DNA of 64,000 nucleotides from Diplonema japonicum (Eukaryota > Protista > Euglenozoa: Diplonemea). The notes below the pieces were generated by a model, which saw only the letters and a program-made list of their open reading frames with translations, had not been told where the DNA came from and made no database searches. Both the position numbers and the translations under genes were made by a program. The stretch is taken from assembly GCA_964019335.1 (NCBI GenBank), contig OZ025714.1, positions 372,001 through 436,000 on the forward strand. Direction: 5' to 3'. Shown one piece after another: positions 10,758 through 20,901 of the stretch. Numbering within the stretch: the first letter of the stretch is position 1; every line of letters starts with the position of its first letter.

Positions 10758-11480
10758 TTACATGTCCATCCAACTAAGTTGAGGTGTTCTGTAAGAGTAC
10801 ATTGGAACTCCATCGTAGCCGGCAATAGGAGTCAACCGATAAATGGGGTGGGTAAAGGTTCGGTCGGGAGTGTCGGAAGATTGCGACAGAGGCGACGCGC
10901 TGAAGTAGGTGCAGTCGCGAGAGTCAGGGTCATAGGGAGGTGTGATGAAGTCGAGAAACCCAGCCACCTCATCCCCCTCCGCTGCTATCTCGTGTAATAT
11001 CCCACCCGTATTAGGGTGGATACGAGTAGCTTCGCTTTGCGGAGTAAACACTTCATTATACACCTCAAATGCAGTACCTTCTTCAGTTGCGTCAGAAGAA
11101 AGCGGAGTACCCTCTTGCGAGTCATACCGGTGTTGGACCCAGTCGAACCCTCGGACTCTCACCTTTCCCAATACAACCTTTTGAATGATATCCATTCCAG
11201 GGTGATCGTGAAGGGGGAGTTTCTTTCCGGGTGGGATGAAAAAATAGCACAGGGTGTACTCTTCTGTTTTGTGGAATACCATGCACGCGACTTCATCCAA
11301 CGTGCTTTGTGGTTTCGCCAGCTTGAGGTCTTCCCATCTTACTCGCTGCATAGCGGGGAGTAAGGAGTCGAGCTTCTCCGGAAGCCCGCTTTTCACCTGC
11401 TCGAACAGTTCTTTTAGACCGTTCACTTCCCCAGCCGGCGCTTCTTGTGAAAATTTTCTGCGTTGAAGTAAGTTCCCCAT
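10758..11480 (-). CDS. ADO: Cysteamine dioxygenase / plant cysteine oxidase family (PCO_ADO cupin)
   Basis: LPLHDHPGM..KVVLGKVRVRGFDW, GGILHEI, FLDFITPPY, RDCTYF. Confidence 0.88.
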   Translation of the reverse strand: MGNLLQRRKFSQEAPAGEVNGLKELFEQVKSGLPEKLDSLLPAMQRVRWEDLKLAKPQSTLDEVACMVFHKTEEYTLCYFFIPPGKKLPLHDHPGMDIIQKVVLGKVRVRGFDWVQHRYDSQEGTPLSSDATEEGTAFEVYNEVFTPQSEATRIHPNTGGILHEIAAEGDEVAGFLDFITPPYDPDSRDCTYFSASPLSQSSDTPDRTFTHPIYRLTPIAGYDGVPMYSYRTPQLSWMDM

Positions 11481-12183
11481 CCTGGATACCCGCTGCTTCT
11501 TTGCAGGTCTGTTGGGTTAAATTATATAAAAAAAAAAGAAAAAAAAAGAAAGAAAAACACACACACACACACCTCAGGGGAACCGTGCTTCGCCAAAACT
11601 TATTGAATGACCTCCTCATATACTTTTATACATGCACCTTTTTTTTTTTTTTTTTTAGGAGGCGGTATTTAAAACAAAGAAAGCAGTTAGGTAAAAAAAA
11701 GAAGGGGGGGGAAAAAAAAAGCACAATTTGAGATGGGAGAAAGGGGGTGGGATGTGTACATATGAAATACCGTGTTTTCTAAAAAAAAAAATACGTATAT
11801 AGCAGAGCTTACTTTATTTCTTTAATTTTTATATAAAATGAGTGGGAATAAAGACGCAGAAAACTCTTGGGGGTAGGGGCCGGGTCGTTACAGCAGGTCA
11901 TCCAATCCGGCCTCACCCTCTAAAACAAGAAGGCGAGGATTGTAAACGACTACCAATATTAACTTAAAATACGGCAAACAGAATGGGACAAGGAAGGGGC
12001 GATAAACAGAGGGGGGATGGAGGAAAAAAGGGATACAACAAAAAGATACCGCTACATATCTCTAAAATGTGGAAAGTTCATTGGTTTTTTTTGGAGATAT
12101 GCAACGTCAAAAAAAAAGAAGAAAAAAAAAAAAAAAAAAAAAGAGGTTGCCGCTGTTGTTCTTGTGTATTTAACCAGTCAAAC

Positions 12184-14760
12184 TTAACTGGTACCTGGGA
12201 AGCCCGAAGGGGGGGAGAGAGGCTTGCCCGAAGGGTGCTTCACAGGTTGTTGCGATGGACGTCGGGAACCAGGGCGAGCAGGAGGTGAAGAAGGCATGGG
12301 CCCTGGAGTGTATTGGAAAGGGACCGACAGGCCAGGAGGAACCTTGACAGGGGGTTGCGAGGAGGGAGGGGGAGGCCCCGGGTTCTTCACGTACTGGTCT
12401 GTTACAGAGGGTGAGTGATTCTCAGTCTGCTTACTTTGTCTCCTCCTGGAGCGCGAGGCATCCGACCTACCTTCACTCCCCTCCCTCCTCCTCCTCCTCC
12501 TCCTCCTAGATCTAGTGGGGGTGCCTGATTCCGTGTCTGGTGTCGCACTTTCTTCCCTCCGTCGTCTCCTTCTTCTACTTGATGCTGTCGCTTCTTCTGC
12601 CCCTGGGGTTGTCCCTGGGGTCTCGCTTTCCCCTCTCCTCCTCCTCCTGGTGGTGGGTGAATCTGTTTCCGACCCCGGCGACTCGCTTCCTTCCGCTCTT
12701 CTTCTCCTTCTCCTGCTGCGTTCTGTTGGCGAGTGTGACTCCATATCTGCTTCGCTCCTCCTCCTCCTCCTCCTGCTCCTACTAGGAGAGTCAGAACCAG
12801 GTGACTCGGTCTCTTCCCGTCTTTTCCTTCTGCTGCGCTCCGTCGGTGCCGTCGGTGAGTGTGATTCTGATTGTGTTTCAAACGGTGTCTCGCTTTCCCT
12901 CCTCCTCCTTCTGCTTCTAAACACCGAGTCCGAGTCAGGCGAATCACTCCCCTCCCTTCTCCTTCTCCTGCTGCGCCCTGTTGGTGAATCCAGCTTAGAT
13001 GCCTCGCTCCTCCTTCGCCTTCTGCTGCGTTTCGGTGAATCCGAGTCGACAGACGTGATTGGGGTGATGGGGGTCAACGGTGTCTCTGCGAACTCTGACC
13101 CTTCCCTGCGCCGCCTCCTGCTGCGTGAGGGTGACTCCGACGAGCCTGTGTCGCTCACGCTGTCGCTCCTCCTTCGCCTTCTTCTTGGTTCCTCGGTTTC
13201 CGATTCCGGGCTCCTCCTTCTCCTCCTCCTCCTACTCCTTCTGGGTGACTCAGATTCCGACGTGGGGCTCTCGCTCTCCCTCCTTCTTCTTCTTCTCCTT
13301 GACGGCGATTCAGAGGTGCGTCGTCTCCTGCTTCTGGATGGCGTCTCTAGTTGCGACGTGGTGCTTTCCTCCCTCCTCCTCCTTCTGCTTCTACTAGGTG
13401 ACTCAGAAGAGTCAGGTGTCTCACTCTCCGCAGCTTTTCTCCTCCTTCTCCTTCTGCTTCGCGAAGGTGACTCTGTGGAGGAGTCTGGAGTCTCACTCTC
13501 TGTCTTTTTGCTCCTCCTCCTTCTTCTGCTCCTCGATGGTGACTCGGACCCTTCACTCGCACTGTCGCGCCTCCTCCTCCTTTTTGAGCCTGATGACGAC
13601 CTGCGCCGTCTCCTAGGTGAGGAGCTCCTTCTGCGCCGCCTAGAAGGTGACTCGTTGGACGTGTCCGTGCTGCTGGGTGCTTCATTCGACATTGCCTCTC
13701 CCGGTTTCAGGGGGTCGCGCATCACACACCTCTGGTGGTCCAACCAGCAAGGGGAGATGATGCCCGTTTCTTCATGGCAGAGGGTGGCACACGTCGGAAG
13801 CTTCGGTGGGAGACGGCTCATCGTATGCGACAAGGCATGCATCGCCTGCTTGAGACCAACAGTGGGGCACTGGAATATCGCCCTGATGAGAATGGTGTTG
13901 GGACCTCGCTGGATAATACTGTGCACACCAACCGCTTCAAGTGGATGCCCGAAGATGGTAGACAAGTCGACCTTTGTAGCATGCACGAAGTTGCTCTCGC
14001 TGCGGGACCCCGCTTCCTTGAGGCGGGTCCATGGGTGCTCTTGACCGTTGTCCTCATCCACCATAATGACCTCGAAGTCGATCGGGATGACCTCGTCCAT
14101 GTCAGGGAGGTAGCAGTCCCAGCCGGCCTCCGCAAACTGCGAACGTGTCGGGTCCTCACTTGTATAACGCACTGCCTGCTGCGAAGAGAGTCTACCGTCT
14201 TGGCCGAGGAGGGCTGCACCTGTCCAGGGGTTTTCACGCATGGACTTTTTATGTCTGGCATGTTGTAGCTTCGTGTGGACAAACTCGATCTCTTCAAGAA
14301 GGGCTTGCTCGCGCTCGGGCCATACTCGTGGGCGGGCCACTTTGTTCTCTGTGTGCACCATCGACTGGTCTGTGATGGGCTCGGACAGCTCAGCGCGTGG
14401 CCACCACTTCTCGTCGTATTCTGTCGCGGGTGTCAAAACCCTCTCCTTCTCGGAGGACCAGTTGTAGGATGACATGGAACCTTGGCGGGTGGTCCTGGGG
14501 CTGTGTTCGTGGGCCAGTCCCCCGGTTTGTATTCCTTCTCTGTGCGCATCTTCCCAGTGTGCCGTTTCCTTGCTCAACCGACCTAGCTCCTCACGCATTT
14601 CGATAATTCGTTTTATGAGAACCGCCTCCGCTTCGTTGCGGTCCATGTACCTGTCCTGAGTGCTGTGCGCAGACCTCTCGGGTGATGCGGACCCTGCCTT
14701 CCATGAGTAGTTTACAACATGGTCGCCCCCGTGCCTGGGCGACGGGCTGCGCCGATTCAT
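12184..14760 (-). CDS. Hypothetical protein with a long Arg/Ser-rich repeat region and Pro-rich tail
   Basis: 858-aa ORF; about 20 units of (E/D)SP(S/T)RS-R4-8 alternating with acidic S/T/E spacers. Confidence 0.75.
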   Translation of the reverse strand: MNRRSPSPRHGGDHVVNYSWKAGSASPERSAHSTQDRYMDRNEAEAVLIKRIIEMREELGRLSKETAHWEDAHREGIQTGGLAHEHSPRTTRQGSMSSYNWSSEKERVLTPATEYDEKWWPRAELSEPITDQSMVHTENKVARPRVWPEREQALLEEIEFVHTKLQHARHKKSMRENPWTGAALLGQDGRLSSQQAVRYTSEDPTRSQFAEAGWDCYLPDMDEVIPIDFEVIMVDEDNGQEHPWTRLKEAGSRSESNFVHATKVDLSTIFGHPLEAVGVHSIIQRGPNTILIRAIFQCPTVGLKQAMHALSHTMSRLPPKLPTCATLCHEETGIISPCWLDHQRCVMRDPLKPGEAMSNEAPSSTDTSNESPSRRRRRSSSPRRRRRSSSGSKRRRRRDSASEGSESPSRSRRRRRSKKTESETPDSSTESPSRSRRRRRRKAAESETPDSSESPSRSRRRRREESTTSQLETPSRSRRRRTSESPSRRRRRRRESESPTSESESPRRSRRRRRRRSPESETEEPRRRRRRSDSVSDTGSSESPSRSRRRRREGSEFAETPLTPITPITSVDSDSPKRSRRRRRSEASKLDSPTGRSRRRRREGSDSPDSDSVFRSRRRRRESETPFETQSESHSPTAPTERSRRKRREETESPGSDSPSRSRRRRRRSEADMESHSPTERSRRRRRRAEGSESPGSETDSPTTRRRRRGESETPGTTPGAEEATASSRRRRRRREESATPDTESGTPTRSRRRRRRRREGSEGRSDASRSRRRQSKQTENHSPSVTDQYVKNPGPPPPSSQPPVKVPPGLSVPFQYTPGPMPSSPPARPGSRRPSQQPVKHPSGKPLSPPSGFPGTS

Positions 14761-14926
14761 GTTCTCCTGTAGCAGGGCTGACGAAGAAGGGGCACCAAAG
14801 GGGAGAAGGGAAAATGTGAAAAGGAAAAAAGAAAAAAAATCCTTTTTGTAAAAAAAGGAGGGGGTGGAACCCGATTTTTTTCTCTCTCTCCTTTTTCTTC
14901 TTTTTTTTTTTAAAAAAAAAATATTC

Positions 14927-15352
14927 TTACGTATCGGAAATGACGATTAGGGAAGCGTGGGTGGCGGTGGGCATCTTGCGCACCACACGCCGAGCTGGGG
15001 TCGCGTCCTTCCATTGCTGGGGGGACCACTGAAGAGATTGAGGGGGTACGGGCACGTCAGGAGAAAGATCGACTTCTGCAGAGCCCAATTCGAGCGTTGA
15101 CTGGTTCTTGTGGGGGACACACGCCCCGGACGGCTTCTTGGGCTTCGTAAACAAGTCGAACCTCGGGATAGCTCTGCAAGGCGTTCTGGGTGGTGAGACC
15201 GTCGCCTCTACCAACTTCTTTTCAGGAACACGCATCAGCCTCACTGCTCTGTCCCAGTCGTCCTCTTCTTCCAGCACGGACATCCGTGAGACAACTCCTC
15301 TTGAAGGCGTTTTAATCAAACTGCTGCATCGCCCGCTTCGAGCTTCGCTCAT
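14927..15352 (-). CDS. Small hypothetical protein (~141 aa)
   Basis: ATG at 15352 (MSEARSGR); coding-like composition between homopolymer spacers; no recognised motif. Confidence 0.5.
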   Translation of the reverse strand: MSEARSGRCSSLIKTPSRGVVSRMSVLEEEDDWDRAVRLMRVPEKKLVEATVSPPRTPCRAIPRFDLFTKPKKPSGACVPHKNQSTLELGSAEVDLSPDVPVPPQSLQWSPQQWKDATPARRVVRKMPTATHASLIVISDT

Positions 15353-15653
15353 CGACTCCCTTTCCCAACCCTTCCCACCAAATGCCCCTCCCGCCCCCCC
15401 TTTTCCCCCTCCTTTAGAGCATTTAAAAAATATATATGGACGTGAAAGGGGGGGAGATGGACATCCTGATAAAAAAAAAAAAAAAAAACATAAAAATAAA
15501 TGAAACCCCCCACCTGTTACCCATATACAAAAAAAAAATCGATGCGAGAGAGCAAATCCCACTTGAGGACCACCTTATTAGGAGCATCAAAATTCCGTTT
15601 AAAAAGGGGGGGTGGAGATTTTTTTCCCTCATTTTTTTTTTTCTTGAAACCCA

Positions 15654-17396
15654 TCAAGGACGTTTCGGCGTCTTGGAGGGGTTGCGTTGACAAGCATGCG
15701 CGCCCAGGGACCCGTTAGCAAAACCCCAGCCCTGCTCCCCTGACGGCAGCGTGACCTCGTACCAGTTGCCGAACGTTGCGGAGCAAGGCAGAACCGAACG
15801 GGGCGGGACGGTGTCGAGAAGAGTCGTGGAGGCATCCGGCGCCTCATAAATTTTCCACGGTTGTGATAAAGAACGGACGGAAGACGGATGACTAAGGGAA
15901 GAGAGGAAACCACCAAGATGAACATTGTGGCCGGGGAGAAGCACTTTCGCAGCTAGAAGGCTTTTGAGAACAGATCGGAGGCACCGTGTGCCCGGCGATA
16001 ACGAATCCACACACAGTGCCTTCAACGGTGCCCAATCCTCATGCTGTACCCAGTAGTGAACCATCCAGTACAAAACTTCGTATGTCAAGGGCGATGTTGT
16101 TACGGGACCGAGAAGGCCTTGCAAAATCTGTTTTCGTTTTTTCCGAGGCCAACCCTCGTGCATTGTTGCGATGCTGTACAAATTTTCACCCCTGCGGACC
16201 TTCCATTCGTCAAGAAGATCTTCTTCGGTAAAGTTTGAATACGGGTCAGAAACCGATCTTGGGAAGGACATCGTCAATCCGAGAAGCGAATCGTGGATTT
16301 TCGACTCCGTTTGAAAACGAGGCGCTCCCGCTGTGCTCAGCAGCGTAGCCTGTGGGTAGTGAACATCACCGAACCACAGTCTATCCCCGTGGGTTAATAT
16401 ACCGCATTGTAAGAGAGAGACGATGGAACGAGGCGACGGGACAAGCATGTCCTCTATGGAGCTGTCGAGACCGAGGTTTTTGAGGATCGATTCCTCGCAG
16501 AATTCAACTTCTTCAGCGGTGCTGCATGATGTTCGCCATGCTACCCAGACCATTCCGAACGCGATCTCCTTCGGGTCGCACGTTCCGAGCAGCGGTGTGT
16601 AAAACTGATATCCGCAGAATCTTGCAGCACGCTGCCATACAATTTTCCGGCGGTGTTCCCTCACCACCATCTTGTCGGTAATCGCCTCATTGCTTCCCAA
16701 CGGTTCACCAAATAGTATTTTCACACCTTCGTCAATGTGGTCCATCGGCAACAGGCAGCGGATGTTCCTCTCGCCCACGATTTGTAAAACCTTCTGTTCC
16801 GCCTTTAAAACCTCTTCTCTCGTCGATGCATAGAACTCACGCGAATCTTCCGAGTACGGAGGCGCGCCTGTTATCAGCTGTATGGTCAACCCAACCCCCC
16901 ATGGGACTGCAGTTGGCATCTGAACCTTCAAAGATAACAGCAACGCAGCTATCAAATAGTAATCTAGGTTTTTCGTGTTCAGAATAGAAGCCATGACAAG
17001 CTTATGCATGTACAAAGCTGCCACCCATATTACTCTGTGGTAAACGACTGGTGAGGTGCATGAGAGGCAGTTTTCTGACCATGAGGATGACATGCAGAAT
17101 GAGCATGTTACGCCTTCTTCTCTTGCCTTGTTGATGTGGAGGATTTGGTGTCGCAAAGACCAGCCTTCCAGCAGCCTGCCGACCGCTATTTCCACCATCT
17201 TCAGGTAATCAGACGTAACTTTGCCCGACTCGTTCATTTTGGTGTACTGCGAAAAGAACAGAAGGTCCACACCTCGTGCGGCCTGCTCCACAACCACCGC
17301 TTGCTCCACCCAGGCTTTCCGCATTTTCTTGGCGGCTCGGAGCTTCTCTATTACATCGGATGGGGTGCCGCTTTTTCTTTTTTTTTCAGGTGGCAT
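15654..17396 (-). CDS. Cyclin-fold protein with RAMA-like region and C-terminal SH3-like domain
   Basis: Cyclin box: YLIAALLLSLKV..EEVLKAEQKVLQIVG..PMDHI..DPKEIAFGMVWVA. RAMA-like: IVSLLQCGILTHGDRLWF...ATLL. SH3b-like: GNWYEVTLPSGEQGW. Confidence 0.65.
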   Translation of the reverse strand: MPPEKKRKSGTPSDVIEKLRAAKKMRKAWVEQAVVVEQAARGVDLLFFSQYTKMNESGKVTSDYLKMVEIAVGRLLEGWSLRHQILHINKAREEGVTCSFCMSSSWSENCLSCTSPVVYHRVIWVAALYMHKLVMASILNTKNLDYYLIAALLLSLKVQMPTAVPWGVGLTIQLITGAPPYSEDSREFYASTREEVLKAEQKVLQIVGERNIRCLLPMDHIDEGVKILFGEPLGSNEAITDKMVVREHRRKIVWQRAARFCGYQFYTPLLGTCDPKEIAFGMVWVAWRTSCSTAEEVEFCEESILKNLGLDSSIEDMLVPSPRSIVSLLQCGILTHGDRLWFGDVHYPQATLLSTAGAPRFQTESKIHDSLLGLTMSFPRSVSDPYSNFTEEDLLDEWKVRRGENLYSIATMHEGWPRKKRKQILQGLLGPVTTSPLTYEVLYWMVHYWVQHEDWAPLKALCVDSLSPGTRCLRSVLKSLLAAKVLLPGHNVHLGGFLSSLSHPSSVRSLSQPWKIYEAPDASTTLLDTVPPRSVLPCSATFGNWYEVTLPSGEQGWGFANGSLGAHACQRNPSKTPKRP

Positions 17397-17581
17397 TTTT
17401 TTAATATTTTTTTCTTCCCCCCCCCTCTGTTGTTCTTACAACGTTCTTCACAATTAAAATTCAAAAATCAAAAACAAAAAGAGGGAAACAAAGCTGGAAG
17501 AAATCGTAAGATTTATCCCTGTTCTGGAGTGAAGGAAAAAAAAAAAAAGAAGAAAAAAAAAAGCCAGCATCGATATTGTTT

Positions 17582-20542
17582 TCAGTCACCGAGAAAACAA
17601 ACGTTCGCCGCGCTGCTCATCCTTACGCCCCTCAAGGTGACCCGCTTTCCGTGGCTACGTCTCGAAGAGCGACGGAACCGGGAGCTGCCGGTGCAGTTCA
17701 ACTCGGATGTCCGCTTGGCGTTGATACGGAAAATAGAAGACGAGCGTCTGGGCGAGACAACAGGGAGGTGAAGAGAGGTTGCGGCATAGCTTATCTGAGA
17801 CAAATCCTCATCCATAGAAGCCCACGGGTCGTGGGTATTAAACGGAATCGACATGTTCGCCTTCTTCATAAAAGCCATTCCTTGAAGCTCGCCGAGAAAA
17901 TAATACCTATTGTCGACAGCCTTACGCACGACTCGATTCTCGTGCTTGTCATCGATGTGGACAAGGCTTTCACCTTCGGCTGGTAGGCCAGTCTGTTCCT
18001 TCAATTCCTGGCTACGACAGTCGAAGGTGTCATCGAAACCATTGATAAGCTCATGGGTCATGAGGTAGTCCCAAATTGCGTCTATAAAATTGGCGCTTTT
18101 CGCACCATGCTTCACTAGAAAGAGCCTGCGCTGCTCGCTGAGTTCAACGACGGCGTCCAGAACCATTGTGTTCTGTTGTTGCCGCAGAAGCTGTTTTGCC
18201 TCCATTGCAGCATCTAGAATATCGGCTGTTCTGTCAGTGTCCGGCATCTTCGCCATATGCTCCTCGTGGAAGAACAACGGCGGCCACAGGAGGATCCTCC
18301 TGATCTTGAAAAACTGATCCAACAGCTTTGTTTCGTCCCGGAACTTCACGAACTCCTTCCAAACCTTTAGCTCCGTCATTTTTTTCCCGTCCTTCATACG
18401 AGGGTTCGCCCGCCACGCTTCGATGGTGAGCTTCGTGTAAATCCGTTGATACGCGTGCTGGATAGACCGCCAGTCCCATTCCGAAGCCTTCACCAAATCC
18501 ATAACACCCGCTTCCCTTGTTTCTATATCATACAATGGCGTAACACTATCTGTGGGTATGACGGGCAGCCAATCGGAGTCGAGAACAACGTTCCAGTTTG
18601 GGTTTAACGGAAGCGGCCGTCCGCTGAGCCACATTTCTTTGAAGTATTGGATCGCTTCTGCAAAATTTTTTACCACGCAGAGGTCGCCGGATGATGTGAA
18701 GCAAGTGTAGTTACCTTCTAGGAACGACTGTGTTTTGACGGTGTTGCTGGCTTCGTGGCCGTGGCTTTGCCGCCACTCTGTTAGGTCGCGTGTTTCATAG
18801 ATGTGCTCGATGTCTTCGTCAGTGACCAGACCCATGTTGTCGACAAAGCGCTGGTCGAGAGATTTGACAACTTTCGTGAAGTAGTGTTTGGCTATGATGG
18901 GGGCCATGGCATCCGGTTCAGTGATGCCTTCTATCAACTCGTAAGGTGGAAGGGTGTCCTTGGCATAGGACAGCCCGTCGTAGTCGGGAACGAGCATGGC
19001 TCCCTCCTCACGCTCCTCGATGCGGCCTGTTCCGTTTGATATGAAGAACATTCGTGATGCGACCAACGTCACCGTTTTCAGCATCGTGTTCTCAGGAAGA
19101 GCTGCCATCGGGACAAATTCATTTTTGTCGTCATCCCACATTCGGTACGTCTCTGGTGTTGAAGAACACAGTACGAACACTGGCATGTAATTGTCATAGT
19201 AACACGTGCCGCGTAGTCTTTGTTCCAGGTGGTCTTGTGTGTAGACTAAGTAGTGTATGATTTCATGCAGGGGGCCGTACCGGGCAAAACAGGTTCCGAG
19301 AAACTGGGATGTGTTGAACTCGTCGACGAACATTTGAGCGACCTTCCGCTTGTCGGTGGCGTGCATTGATTGCCTGTCGTACTCCACCTTCAGCTTCTCC
19401 AGCTTCTTTGCGGATGCTTCCATTGCCCTTTTCGAGTCCGCCTCGATTTTGTCGTACAATTTCGCGGCCGTTTGTTCCATGGATTGCAGCCTGGCGAAGG
19501 CTTGCGTCAAACCTCCATTGGCGTCGTTGTTGTTATCATCGCTTGGCTCTGCTTTTTCAGCGTCGATTAAAGCCGTCTCGAGGTTGCTTTTGAGAAGAAT
19601 CTGCGCGGCACCGACCTTCGACAGTTCCGCGTGCAGCGGGACGGTCCCGCGGATGGGACGGTAGGGACTGGATTTCAAAGCAGTCGCCATGGTTTTACCC
19701 CGCGCGTTTGAAAACCGGTTGGTGATGGTAGTGAGGAGGTCCTGCGGGATTTGCTGGATCTTATCAAGAATAGGGTACCCACCTTCGTCAAGAAGTGTCG
19801 GATCAGTTATATCAAACACACCGATAAAAGCTTGAGCGGCACCATCGGCAACAGGGCGAAGCATTATAGTAAGGTTGTGGGCTTGGCAGTACAGTTGATA
19901 GTTGTGTACATCTGCAACAGGCATGCCGGTTGAGTTCTCGTCGCAGAAAGGAACGTCTCGTAGTGATGATTGAGCATTTGCTGCCATTGCAATCTTGGCA
20001 CCGAGAAGCTGGACTGTGTTCGACCCTGTTCTGCTCTCATGCAGTTCTTCGAGTTCTTTACGCAGATCGTTCACCGACAGTCCCATTGACGAGGTTGATT
20101 GTCTCGCTCTTTTCTTCTTCGCGGTCGATTCCTCTATCTTTTTGTGTATCCGCTCGCTCACCGTCATCTTCGTTGATCTTATCGACAAGAGCTCGGGTTT
20201 TTGCACGTTTTCCGAGTCCGACCAAGTCTTGCTCTCCATACTTTCGTTCATCTCTTCGCTCCCGCTGTTGTCTCTGGTGTTGAAATCGATCACTTTAAAG
20301 TCACATGGAGTCGCTTTTTCCTTCGGCTTCTCCTCAGATGGCAGTAACCCAACTAATGGTGAATTTGAGTTGATGGCCGATTTCATGCGGTCTCTTACCG
20401 CTTTCGTAAGTCTTATGCACCCGATGTCCAGCATGACCCGTTGCAACGGGCTCTCTCTTTCTTCGTGTAGTTCTGTGTCGGGCTCCAAGTTGTCTTTTCT
20501 CTCCTGCAGTTCCTTGACGACGGCGCATAGATTCGTGAGCAT
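17582..20542 (-). CDS. Class II (anthrax edema factor/CyaA/ExoY-like) nucleotidyl cyclase domain protein
   Basis: Ordered motifs TGMP..NLTIMLRPV, K-x6-KSS..IRGTVP..AELSK, PDYD, MGLVT, HGHE.SN, F.SSGD..VVKN, LNPNW. Confidence 0.8.
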   Translation of the reverse strand: MLTNLCAVVKELQERKDNLEPDTELHEERESPLQRVMLDIGCIRLTKAVRDRMKSAINSNSPLVGLLPSEEKPKEKATPCDFKVIDFNTRDNSGSEEMNESMESKTWSDSENVQKPELLSIRSTKMTVSERIHKKIEESTAKKKRARQSTSSMGLSVNDLRKELEELHESRTGSNTVQLLGAKIAMAANAQSSLRDVPFCDENSTGMPVADVHNYQLYCQAHNLTIMLRPVADGAAQAFIGVFDITDPTLLDEGGYPILDKIQQIPQDLLTTITNRFSNARGKTMATALKSSPYRPIRGTVPLHAELSKVGAAQILLKSNLETALIDAEKAEPSDDNNNDANGGLTQAFARLQSMEQTAAKLYDKIEADSKRAMEASAKKLEKLKVEYDRQSMHATDKRKVAQMFVDEFNTSQFLGTCFARYGPLHEIIHYLVYTQDHLEQRLRGTCYYDNYMPVFVLCSSTPETYRMWDDDKNEFVPMAALPENTMLKTVTLVASRMFFISNGTGRIEEREEGAMLVPDYDGLSYAKDTLPPYELIEGITEPDAMAPIIAKHYFTKVVKSLDQRFVDNMGLVTDEDIEHIYETRDLTEWRQSHGHEASNTVKTQSFLEGNYTCFTSSGDLCVVKNFAEAIQYFKEMWLSGRPLPLNPNWNVVLDSDWLPVIPTDSVTPLYDIETREAGVMDLVKASEWDWRSIQHAYQRIYTKLTIEAWRANPRMKDGKKMTELKVWKEFVKFRDETKLLDQFFKIRRILLWPPLFFHEEHMAKMPDTDRTADILDAAMEAKQLLRQQQNTMVLDAVVELSEQRRLFLVKHGAKSANFIDAIWDYLMTHELINGFDDTFDCRSQELKEQTGLPAEGESLVHIDDKHENRVVRKAVDNRYYFLGELQGMAFMKKANMSIPFNTHDPWASMDEDLSQISYAATSLHLPVVSPRRSSSIFRINAKRTSELNCTGSSRFRRSSRRSHGKRVTLRGVRMSSAANVCFLGD

Positions 20543-20841
20543 TTTTTTTTTTTTGGTTCCCTCCTTTTTTTTTTACAGTGCAGTGATATGGAGAAAAAAG
20601 AAGAACACTGCTAAAAAGGGGTGGGGGGGTGGGGGGTGTGACTAGAAGCAAATAAACAGATTTTCTCTTTTCCCTTTCTCCCTTCTTTTTTTTCCCCCTC
20701 GAGTAGGCGTGATTATTATTAAAATAGCAGGGAAATTTTAAAAAAAAAAAAGGAGGACGGGTCGTGGGGGGAAAAGCACACACTATAAATGGTATGCATC
20801 AGTCAGGGGAAAAAGAAAGAAGAAAAAAAAAAAAAAACACA

Positions 20842-20873
<32 letters not shown>

Positions 20874-20901
20874 AGAAGTGAAAGAAAGGTTTTTCCCTTT
20901 T

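Noticed and set aside
12515-14044. 509-aa plus-strand Leu-rich ORF
   Set aside because: Antisense shadow of AGG/AGA Arg repeats in the minus-strand gene.
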